Below are positions 10,048 to 18,146 of a DNA stretch of 32,000 nt, piece after piece. Each line of letters begins with the position of its first letter. Position 1 is the stretch's first letter. Below the pieces are notes generated by a model, which did no database searches, had not been told where the DNA came from, and was given only the letters and a program-made list of their open reading frames with translations. This DNA comes from Pseudomonas aeruginosa (lineage in GTDB: Bacteria; Pseudomonadota; Gammaproteobacteria; Pseudomonadales; Pseudomonadaceae): the NCBI RefSeq assembly GCF_001457615.1, contig NZ_LN831024.1:2160001-2192000 (forward strand). The letters are read 5' to 3'. The translations under genes and the position numbers were made by a program.

Positions 10048-13000
10048 ATGACCATCACCGAACACCAGATCGAGCAGGACCTGCTCGCCAAGCTCGGCGA
10101 CCTCAAGTACAGCTATCGCCCCGAGATTCGCGACCGCGCCGGGCTCGAAGCCAACTTTCGCGAAAAGTTCCAGCAGCTCAACCGCGTCAACCTCACCGAT
10201 GAGGAGTTTGCGCGCCTGCTGGAAGAGATTGTTACACCCGACGTGTTCACCGCCGCGCAAACGCTGCGTACACGCAATAGCTTCATCCGCGAAGATGGCA
10301 CGCCGCTGAACTACACCCTCGTCAACATCGAAGACTGGTGCAAGAACAGTTTCGAGGTTGTAAACCAGCTGCGGATCAACACCGACAACAGCCACCACCG
10401 TTTTGACGTCATCCTGCTCATCAACGGTGTGCCGGTCGTGCAGATCGAACTAAAGACGCTGGGCATCAACCCGCGCCGCGCCATCGAGCAGATCGTCGAG
10501 TACAAGAACGACCCTGGTAACGGCTTCACCCGCACGCTGTTGTGCTTCATGCAGGTGTTTATCGTCAGCAACCGCGTTTCAACCTACTACTTCGCCAACA
10601 ACAACTCTCGGCACTTCAGTTTCAACGCCGATGAGCGCTTCCTACCCATTTACCAGTTTGCTGCGCTGGATAACACCAGGATCACCGGGCTGGATGATTT
10701 TGCCGATGTCTTCCTGCCCAAGTGCACGCTCGGCCAGATGATCAGCCGTTACATGGTGCTGGTCGCCAGCGAGCAGAAATTGCTCATGATGCGGCCCTAC
10801 CAGATCTATGCCGTCAAAAACATTGTCAAGTGCATCGAAGAAAACAGTGGCAACGGCTATATCTGGCACACCACCGGCAGCGGCAAGACGCTCACCAGCT
10901 TCAAGGCCTCCACCCTGCTCAAGGCCAATCCGAACATCGAAAAGTGCCTGTTCGTGGTCGATCGCAAAGACCTCGACCGGCAAACCCGCGAGGAATTCAA
11001 CCGTTTCCAAGAAGGCTGCGTCGAAAGCAACACCAACACCAGCGAGCTCGTCCGTCGTATGCTGTCGGACGATGCGGCCGACAAGGTTATCGTCTGCACC
11101 ATTCAGAAGCTTGGCCTGGCACTGGACGAGGGCAGCAGACGCAACAAAAGCCGCGAGAAGCGTGGACTTGCAACTTATGCCGAGCAGCTCGAAGCGCTGC
11201 GCGATAAGCGTATCGTCTTCATCTTTGACGAATGCCACCGTTCGCAATTCGGCGATAACCATCAGGCCATTAAGACGTTCTTCCCCAAGGCCCAGCTTTT
11301 TGGCTTTACCGGCACGCCAATCTTCGAGGCCAATGCCAGCATTAAGCAGATCAGTGGCGAAGAGAAGACGCTAAAGACCACGCAGGATTTGTTCCAGCAA
11401 TGTCTGCACGAATACACCATTAGCGATGCCATCGACGATCGCAATGTTTTGAAGTTCCACGTCGACTACTACAAACCCGACGGGAAGAACCCACCCAAAC
11501 CCGGTGAAACCCTGGCCAAGCGCGCCGTCGTTGACGCCATCCTCGCCAAGCACGATGCCGCTACGGGGGGGCGCAAGTTCAACGCGATTCTGGCCACAGC
11601 TTCCATCAATGATGCCATCGCCTATCACGCACTATTTGAAGAGGCTCAGGCCGAGAAACTGCAGGCCAACCCCGAGTTTGTGCCGCTAAATATCGCCGCC
11701 GTGTTCTCTCCGCCGGGCGACGTGAGCGCCGATGTACGTCAGTTGCAGGAAGACCTGCCCACCGAGCTGGAAGACAACCAGCAGGAGACGGACGCCAAGA
11801 AGGCGGCGCTGCAAGCGATCATTGCCCGCTATAACGCCCGCTTCGATACGAACCACCGCATTGAGGAATTCGACCTCTACTACCAGGACGTGCAGCAGCG
11901 CATCAAGGATCAGCAATGGCCGGATGCCGACCTGCGCAAAGCCAACCCCAGGGCCCCGCAACACAAGATCGACATCACCATCGTCGTCGACATGCTGCTC
12001 ACCGGCTTCGACAGCAAGTACCTCAACACGCTTTACGTCGACAAGAATCTCAAACACCACGGCCTTATTCAGGCCTTCAGCCGTACCAACCGCGTGCTGA
12101 ATGATACCAAGCCCTTTGGCCATATCCTCGACTTCCGTGGGCAGCAAGACGCGGTGGACGCTGCCATCGCGCTTTTCTCCGGCGCGAAGGCCGATGAGGC
12201 GCGCACAATCTGGTTGGTGGACAAAGCCCCTGCGGTTATCGAAAAGCTCCAAGAAGCCGCACTCGGCCTGCACAGCTTCATGGAGGCATACGGGCTTTCA
12301 GGCAAACCCGAGGAGATTGCCACGCTCAAGGGCGACGAAGCCCGGATCGGCTTTGTCGAAGCCTTCAAGAAGGTGCAGAAGCTGCAAACCCAGCTCGACC
12401 AGTACACCGACCTTACCCCCGAGCAGGAAGCCTCTATCCAGGCCATCCTGCCGCCGGACGAACTCAACGCCTTCCGTGGCCAGTACCTGGAGACGGCCAG
12501 ACGCCTGCGCGACGAGCGAGCCAAGCCTGGCGATGCCAAGCGCGAGGAACTGGAGCAGCTCGATTTCGAGTTCGTGCTCTTCGCTTCCGCCACCATCGAT
12601 TACGACTACATCATGAGACTGATCGCCGACTTCTCCACCAAGAAGCCTGGCAAAGCCACCATGAGCCGCGAACAGCTGGCCAGCCTGATCGCGAGCGACG
12701 CCAAATTCATCGACGAGCGCGATGACATCACCGAATACGTGATGAGCCTCAAGGCCGGCGAGGGCCTGGACGAACGCGCCATTCGCATGGGCTACCAGCA
12801 ATTCAAGGCGGTAAAAGCCTCCCGCGAACTGACCGAGCTAGCGGCCAAGCACGGACTGCCCACTGCAGCACTACAAAGTTTTATGGATGAGGTACTGGAG
12901 CGCCGCATCTTCGACGGCGAACAGCTAACCGAATTGCTCGCCCCGCTGGAACTGGGTTGGAAGGCGCGTACGCAGAAGGAATTGGCCTTGATGAGCGAGC

Positions 13001-13068
13001 TGGCACCGATGCTGAAGAAGCGAGCCGGCGGCCGGGATATCTCAGGCCTCCAGGCGTATGAGGATTGA
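10048..13068 (+). CDS. hsdR: type I restriction endonuclease R subunit (type IC / EcoR124I-like architecture)
   Basis: 1006 aa. SD AGGA 7 nt upstream. PD-(D/E)xK nuclease region DVILLINGVPVVQIELK. SF2 motor motifs WHTTGSGKTLTSF, FIFDECHRSQ and QAFSRTNR. The region around the nuclease motif (...FVISN...YFAN) resembles EcoR124I HsdR as I remember it. Confidence 0.92.
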   Translation: MTITEHQIEQDLLAKLGDLKYSYRPEIRDRAGLEANFREKFQQLNRVNLTDEEFARLLEEIVTPDVFTAAQTLRTRNSFIREDGTPLNYTLVNIEDWCKNSFEVVNQLRINTDNSHHRFDVILLINGVPVVQIELKTLGINPRRAIEQIVEYKNDPGNGFTRTLLCFMQVFIVSNRVSTYYFANNNSRHFSFNADERFLPIYQFAALDNTRITGLDDFADVFLPKCTLGQMISRYMVLVASEQKLLMMRPYQIYAVKNIVKCIEENSGNGYIWHTTGSGKTLTSFKASTLLKANPNIEKCLFVVDRKDLDRQTREEFNRFQEGCVESNTNTSELVRRMLSDDAADKVIVCTIQKLGLALDEGSRRNKSREKRGLATYAEQLEALRDKRIVFIFDECHRSQFGDNHQAIKTFFPKAQLFGFTGTPIFEANASIKQISGEEKTLKTTQDLFQQCLHEYTISDAIDDRNVLKFHVDYYKPDGKNPPKPGETLAKRAVVDAILAKHDAATGGRKFNAILATASINDAIAYHALFEEAQAEKLQANPEFVPLNIAAVFSPPGDVSADVRQLQEDLPTELEDNQQETDAKKAALQAIIARYNARFDTNHRIEEFDLYYQDVQQRIKDQQWPDADLRKANPRAPQHKIDITIVVDMLLTGFDSKYLNTLYVDKNLKHHGLIQAFSRTNRVLNDTKPFGHILDFRGQQDAVDAAIALFSGAKADEARTIWLVDKAPAVIEKLQEAALGLHSFMEAYGLSGKPEEIATLKGDEARIGFVEAFKKVQKLQTQLDQYTDLTPEQEASIQAILPPDELNAFRGQYLETARRLRDERAKPGDAKREELEQLDFEFVLFASATIDYDYIMRLIADFSTKKPGKATMSREQLASLIASDAKFIDERDDITEYVMSLKAGEGLDERAIRMGYQQFKAVKASRELTELAAKHGLPTAALQSFMDEVLERRIFDGEQLTELLAPLELGWKARTQKELALMSELAPMLKKRAGGRDISGLQAYED

Positions 13069-13071
13069 TCA

Positions 13072-14382
13072 ATGGTGAAGGCGGGCAATAAAGCGATGGT
13101 ACCTCGGTTGCGGTTTCCGGAGTTTCAACACGAGGGAGACTGGACGACAGTAAAGCTTGGGGCTGTTGCGACGATTAGCACAGAAAAAGTTGGCAATAAC
13201 ATTTGCGTGCCGATGAGCATCACATCCGGCGTGGGGCTTGTAAGTCAAGAGGACAAGTTTGGCCGTGTAATCGCTGGCGACTCATACAAAAGCTACTTGC
13301 TCTTGAAGCCAAACGATTTTGCTTACAACAAGAGCGCTACCAAGGAATTTCCTGAAGGTTTTCTCACTCTGTACTCGGGTACGGAGCTGGCTGCGGTTCC
13401 GAACAGTATATTCACTTGCTTTCGGATCAACGGCGCGTCGCCAAATACGCGGTTTCTGAACTATCAATTCTCAGACAACCTGCACGGGCGTTGGCTGCGC
13501 AAGTTCATTCAGGTTGGGGCTCGGGCGCATGGTTCGTTGAGTGTCAGTGATGGCGACTTGCTGGCGCTGCCCATTCCCGTTCCGGCGGGCACAACATCGG
13601 TCGCAGAACAACAAAAAATCGCCGACTGCCTCACCTCTCTGGACGAGCTGATTACAGCGCAGGAGCGAAAAGTCGAGGCATTAAAGACTTACAAGCGCGG
13701 CCTGATGCAGCAGCTCTTCCCCCGCGAAGGTGAAACCCTTCCCCGTATCCGCTTTCCCGAGTTCCGTGGTGCGCCAGAGTGGCAAGCCAAGCCATTAGGA
13801 GAGCTTGTGCAACTGCAGTCTGGATTTGCATTCTCAAGCAGTTTCTTCTCGGACTCAGGCCAGAAGTTGGTGACCCCAAAGAACTTTACAAAGACGGGTT
13901 TCGGAAATTTTGAGAGTTCGATCTCGAAATATACAACAGAGGAAGTGTCAGAAAAATACCAGTGTCGCCCAGGTGATTTACTTGTGCTTCTGACAGATTT
14001 AACTCCTACTTGCGCACTTTTAGGTCAGCCGATAGAAGTGACTGAGGCGGACGGCAACCTGCTACTCAATCAGCGAGTGGTGAAGATTGAACCAATATCA
14101 GCGCGGGTTAATAAGAGTTTTCTAAAGCAATTTCTGCTAAGCGACTCTTACCGCAAGGTTATAGTAGGAACTGCAACCGGGACTACCGTTAAGCATAGCT
14201 CTAATAAGGTTCTGGAGGGAATAGAGTTCGTTTTCCCTCAAGAAGAGGAGCAGCTCTGCATTGCTACTTGCCTTTCCTCCTTAGATGTGCAGATTTTCGT
14301 CGAATATAAAGCAATCGAACTAATAAAAACTCATAAGGCGGGACTCGTGCAGCAGTTGTTTCCGTCTCAAGGGGCGGCTTGA
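13072..14382 (+). CDS. hsdS: type I restriction-modification specificity subunit
   Basis: 436 aa with two target-recognition halves, each preceded by PR(L/I)RFPEF and followed by a conserved helix ending GLMQQLFP / GLVQQLFP. Starts 3 nt after the hsdR stop. Confidence 0.9.
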   Translation: MVKAGNKAMVPRLRFPEFQHEGDWTTVKLGAVATISTEKVGNNICVPMSITSGVGLVSQEDKFGRVIAGDSYKSYLLLKPNDFAYNKSATKEFPEGFLTLYSGTELAAVPNSIFTCFRINGASPNTRFLNYQFSDNLHGRWLRKFIQVGARAHGSLSVSDGDLLALPIPVPAGTTSVAEQQKIADCLTSLDELITAQERKVEALKTYKRGLMQQLFPREGETLPRIRFPEFRGAPEWQAKPLGELVQLQSGFAFSSSFFSDSGQKLVTPKNFTKTGFGNFESSISKYTTEEVSEKYQCRPGDLLVLLTDLTPTCALLGQPIEVTEADGNLLLNQRVVKIEPISARVNKSFLKQFLLSDSYRKVIVGTATGTTVKHSSNKVLEGIEFVFPQEEEQLCIATCLSSLDVQIFVEYKAIELIKTHKAGLVQQLFPSQGAA

Positions 14383-14384
14383 CA

Positions 14385-15524
14385 ATGGCTGTTATATTGT
14401 TTTCAGATTTGTCGGCACTGGCACAATACTTACGTGAGAACCTTGAATTAAAGAAGTTCTCGCTTATTTATGCCTACAATGGGACGGGAAAAACAAGGCT
14501 GTCTGGAGAATTCAAGGAGCAGGGTAAGAAGTTCGGCGAGGACCGCGAGATCACGCAGCGTGATACGCTTTATTTCAATGCGTTCACCGAAGATCTTTTT
14601 AACTGGGATAACGACCTCAAAAACGACCGAAAGCGAGTGCTGAAAATCAACGGCGATTCTCGTTTCTTCTCAGGGCTAGAAACGCAGGAAATGGATAATC
14701 GTATCCGCCCGCTGCTAAACCGCTACGCAGACTTTGACTTTCGCATCGACACCACCGAGTGGGAGGTGAGCTTCTCCCGAGAAGTGGAGATCGACGGTAA
14801 GAGGACAACGGTAGAAGACATCAAGGTCTCACGTGGCGAAGAGAACATCTTCATCTGGTGTTTCTTTCTCGCCATAGTGCAGCTCGCGCTCGATGGTGAC
14901 GAGGCCTACGAGTGGGTGAAGTACGTCTACATCGACGATCCGATTTCATCTCTTGACGAGAACAATGCGATCGCTGTGGCCCACCACTTGGCCCAATTAC
15001 TGATGGCCACCGATAAAGGGCCGCGCGTGGTCGTGTCCACGCATCATGTACTTTTCTTTAACGTGCTATGCAATGAGTTCAAGGGCAAGGCCTACAAGCA
15101 TCTGCTGAAGAGGGGGGCGGCGCTGGGTAGCTATTCGCTAGTGGATACCTCGGCCAGGCCCTTTCTTCACCATCTATCAAACTTAGTTGAGCTGTATGAC
15201 GCGCAGGCCAGTGGTTCCCTTTACACCCACCACTTCAACATGATGCGGCGAGTCATGGAGCAGACCGCAAATTTCTTGGGGCTGGACGACTGGAAGGCCT
15301 GCATTGCCGCGCCGGATGGTGCAGACAAGGCACTGCACAAGCGCTTCATTGATCTGATGAGCCATGGCGACTATTCGCTCTATGAGCCTCGGGAAATGAT
15401 GGAGGAGAACAAAGCGTACTTCCGGATTATCTTTCGGCAGTTCATTACCGGGCACCCCTTCAATCGCGCACTGTTTCCGAACCTTTTCAATATAGCGGGC
15501 GCGACCCCGGATGTTGACGCATGA
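14385..15524 (+). CDS. prrC: PrrC-like AAA_13-family ATPase, candidate anticodon nuclease
   Basis: ATG 14385 lies 2 nt after the hsdS stop (the ORF track starts at TTG 14379). Walker A YAYNGTGKT, ABC-signature-like VSRGEENIF, Walker B YVYIDDPISSLD, then VVVSTHH. The C-terminal region has RRVME (R-x3-E) and SHGDY about 35-40 residues later, reminiscent of the reported PrrC Arg/Glu/His triad. It is embedded in a type IC R-M operon, as E. coli prrC is. Confidence 0.6.
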   Translation: MAVILFSDLSALAQYLRENLELKKFSLIYAYNGTGKTRLSGEFKEQGKKFGEDREITQRDTLYFNAFTEDLFNWDNDLKNDRKRVLKINGDSRFFSGLETQEMDNRIRPLLNRYADFDFRIDTTEWEVSFSREVEIDGKRTTVEDIKVSRGEENIFIWCFFLAIVQLALDGDEAYEWVKYVYIDDPISSLDENNAIAVAHHLAQLLMATDKGPRVVVSTHHVLFFNVLCNEFKGKAYKHLLKRGAALGSYSLVDTSARPFLHHLSNLVELYDAQASGSLYTHHFNMMRRVMEQTANFLGLDDWKACIAAPDGADKALHKRFIDLMSHGDYSLYEPREMMEENKAYFRIIFRQFITGHPFNRALFPNLFNIAGATPDVDA

Positions 15525-15934
15525 GAGGACTCATCCTCTACACCACTGGCGACGAATGCAGCCAGGTCAAGCTGCGAGCCAAGGATCAGCCGGTCTGGCT
15601 CTCTCAGCGTGAAATGGCAGAGGTGTTCGACGTCAGTACCGATAAAGTCAGCCTGCACCTGAAGAATATCTTTCACGATGGCGAGTTGAGCCGTGAGGCG
15701 ATCCCCGTGAGCTTCTGGCGCCAGAACGTGGACCAGATCATCGGTAGCAACGGTTTTCCGCTGCTCACCCATGCCGGCAAGGTGAGCTACGCGCAAATGG
15801 AACGTGCCACCATTGCGCTTTATCTCGATTATGACCAACGCCGCAAACAGAAGGAGGCACGTCAGGCCGACGCGCAGGACGAAGCTGAACCCAAGGCGCT
15901 GGAAAACACACTCAAGAAACGGCCCAAACCATGA
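15521..15934 (+). CDS. short RhuM-family-like protein (N- and C-terminal RhuM segments, central core absent)
   Basis: 137 aa with ATGA overlaps at both ends. The N-terminus ILYTTGDECSQVKLRAKDQPVWLSQREMAEVFDVSTDKVSLHLKNIFHDGEL matches the RhuM N-terminal pattern (IxYQTxDGxxxIxVRLxxETVWLTQxQMAELF...HIKNIFxEGEL). The tail (LLTHAGKVSYAQMERATIALYLDYDQRRK) resembles the RhuM C-terminal tail. Full-length RhuM proteins are roughly 300+ aa, from memory. Confidence 0.5.
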   Translation: MRGLILYTTGDECSQVKLRAKDQPVWLSQREMAEVFDVSTDKVSLHLKNIFHDGELSREAIPVSFWRQNVDQIIGSNGFPLLTHAGKVSYAQMERATIALYLDYDQRRKQKEARQADAQDEAEPKALENTLKKRPKP

Positions 15935-17583
15935 CCGAACAAGACCAGAAACAGCTGGGCAAAACCCTATGGGCGATTGCCGACCAATTACGTGGTTCGA
16001 TGAACGCCGACGATTTTCGCGATTACATGCTGTCCTTCCTCTTCCTGCGCTACCTCTCGGACAACTACGAACAGGCTGCGAAGCGGGAGCTGGGGCCCGA
16101 TTATCCGGACGTGGCGCCGGACGTGATGGAGCAGACCGAAGCCACGACACCGCTGCAAATCTGGTATGAAGAGAACGCCAGCGACGTGGTGGCGTTCGAG
16201 AAGCAGATGCGCCGCAAGGTGCACTATGTAATCGAGCCAGAGTACCTATGGGGCAACATCGTTCAACTGGCCAAGACCCAGAGCGACAAGCTGCTCGATA
16301 CCTTGCAACGGGGCTTCAAGTACATCGAGAACGAGTCCTTCCAAAGTAACTTCCAAGGATTGTTCTCGGAAATCAACCTCGCGTCCGACAAGCTCGGTCG
16401 CAAGTACGAGGATCGCAATGCCAAGCTGTGTTCGATCCTCTCGGAGCTGGCGCGCGGCATGTCGCTGTTCTCCACCGACACCGACACGTTGGGCGACGCT
16501 TATGAGTACCTGATCGGCCAATTCGCCGCAGGCTCGGGCAAGAAGGCGGGCGAGTTCTACACCCCGCAGCAGGTCTCGAACATTCTTTCGGCCATCGTCA
16601 CGCTCGACGGCCAGGCGCCCGAGACCGGTCTCCGCAAAAAGCTGGAAAGCGTGTTCGACTTCGCCTGTGGCTCGGGCTCGCTGCTGCTGAACATCCGGCA
16701 CCGCATGAAGGACGCGGGTGGTAGCATCGGCAAGATCTACGGGCAGGAATACAACATCACTACCTACAACCTGGCGCGCATGAACATGTTGCTGCACGGG
16801 GTGAAGGACACCGAGTTCGAGATTTACCACGGCGACACGCTGACCAATGCCTGGGACTTCCTGCGCGAGACCAATCCGGCGAAGAAACCGCAGTTTGACG
16901 CGGTGGTGGCCAATCCGCCGTTCAGCTATCGCTGGGATCCGAGCGATGCCATCAGCGAAGACATGCGCTTCAAGAACCACGGCGTGGCACCCAAGAGTGC
17001 GGCGGACTTCGCCTTCCTGCTGCACGGGCTGCACTACCTCAAAGACGATGGCGTGATGGCCATCATCCTGCCGCACGGCGTGCTGTTCCGGGGTGGTGCG
17101 GAAGAGCGTATTCGCCGCAAACTGCTGCAGGATGGACACATCGATACCGTGATCGGGCTGCCGGCCAATCTGTTTTATTCAACAGGCATCCCGGTTTGTA
17201 TTCTCGTGCTGAAGAAGTGCAAAAGATCGGACGATGTGCTGTTTATCAACGCGGCCGAGCACTTCGAGAAGGGTAGGAGGCAGAACCAGCTAGCAGACCG
17301 ACATATCGACAAGATTATCGAGACCTACGAGCAACGCCCAGCGGAAGTACCGCGCTATGCGCGACGGGTAAGCATGCAGGAGATCGAGAAGAACGACTTT
17401 AACCTGAATATCTCGCGCTACGTCAGCACGGCGGTGGCCGATGAAGAAATAGACCTGACGGCCGTGCATGCCGAGCTTGTGGCACTGGATCAGAGGATCA
17501 AGACGGCCACCGATAAACACAATGAATTCCTCAAGGAACTTGGGCTGCCGCTGCTACCCTACGGTTCTGAGGTATCACGGTAA
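15931..17583 (+). CDS. hsdM: type I restriction-modification N6-adenine DNA methyltransferase subunit
   Basis: 550 aa. HsdM N-domain (LWAIADQLRG...FLFLRYLSD), FYTPQQV, AdoMet motif FDFACGSGSLLL and catalytic NPPF (VVANPPFSYRW). Confidence 0.92.
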   Translation: MTEQDQKQLGKTLWAIADQLRGSMNADDFRDYMLSFLFLRYLSDNYEQAAKRELGPDYPDVAPDVMEQTEATTPLQIWYEENASDVVAFEKQMRRKVHYVIEPEYLWGNIVQLAKTQSDKLLDTLQRGFKYIENESFQSNFQGLFSEINLASDKLGRKYEDRNAKLCSILSELARGMSLFSTDTDTLGDAYEYLIGQFAAGSGKKAGEFYTPQQVSNILSAIVTLDGQAPETGLRKKLESVFDFACGSGSLLLNIRHRMKDAGGSIGKIYGQEYNITTYNLARMNMLLHGVKDTEFEIYHGDTLTNAWDFLRETNPAKKPQFDAVVANPPFSYRWDPSDAISEDMRFKNHGVAPKSAADFAFLLHGLHYLKDDGVMAIILPHGVLFRGGAEERIRRKLLQDGHIDTVIGLPANLFYSTGIPVCILVLKKCKRSDDVLFINAAEHFEKGRRQNQLADRHIDKIIETYEQRPAEVPRYARRVSMQEIEKNDFNLNISRYVSTAVADEEIDLTAVHAELVALDQRIKTATDKHNEFLKELGLPLLPYGSEVSR

Positions 17584-17833
17584 GAAACGCCTATGGCAAT
17601 TTGGTTGGTCCCTGTGAGCTCGCACGGCGGGTTCAAATCCCTATTAGAATTTGAATCCAATACACCATCGTTCCACCGCCAAATAATATCGCGGAAAATC
17701 AGTAAATAATTCTCCGCACTTTTTACGTTCGAGCAGGCGCACAACGTACCGGTCGGCGTTTGTTACGGGCTTGAGGTCAAAGCATCGCATAGGCTTTCGA
17801 CCTCGGTGGGAAGCTTTCAATGAGGTCGCAGTT

Positions 17834-18115
17834 ATGGAACAGGCCGAATCTGTCACTGATATCTTTTGCGATGTTTGTGGCAACAGCATGCGTGTTGAAG
17901 GGTATGGGTTGCAATTCGGAACCCTTCGCGCCAGTTGGGAACTCGGCTCGGCTCATGCTGGCGAGCGTTATGAAGTCCATCTGTGCGAACTCTGCTTTTT
18001 CAGGACCCTGGCAGGCTTGAAGCGCGAGCGAATGGTGAACTCGATGTTCAGTGCCAGCAACGAGGACTTGAGCCGTTTCGGTCTTATCGCGCGCGATGAT
18101 TCTTCCATCGTTTGA
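17834..18115 (+). CDS. hypothetical small protein with CxxC...CxxC (zinc-ribbon-like)
   Basis: ATG 17834 is preceded by GAGG 8 nt upstream (the ORF track starts at TTG 17771). 93 aa containing CDVCG and, about 45 residues on, CELCF. I recognise no family. Confidence 0.4.
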   Translation: MEQAESVTDIFCDVCGNSMRVEGYGLQFGTLRASWELGSAHAGERYEVHLCELCFFRTLAGLKRERMVNSMFSASNEDLSRFGLIARDDSSIV

Positions 18116-18136
18116 GTAAGCTCAGCGCTCTCATCT

Positions 18137-18146
18137 CCCCCCCCCC
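18137..18146. repeat. C10 homopolymer tract
   Basis: Ten consecutive C read directly from the sequence, 21 nt after the stop of the zinc-ribbon-like ORF, in the AT-rich right arm of the insertion. Confidence 0.95.

Noticed and set aside
10642-12801. Minus-strand ORFs inside hsdR (10642-11262, 11686-12273, 12069-12596, 12298-12801)
   Set aside because: They are antisense to a motif-rich HsdR frame and have no domain features. I treat them as chance ORFs rather than nested genes.
17559-17889. Two overlapping minus-strand ORFs (17559-17744, 17644-17889) that could be read as one frameshifted gene
   Set aside because: Neither peptide resembles a family I recognise. They overlap the hsdM 3' end and the zinc-ribbon-like ORF start. 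The evidence is insufficient to call a pseudogene.
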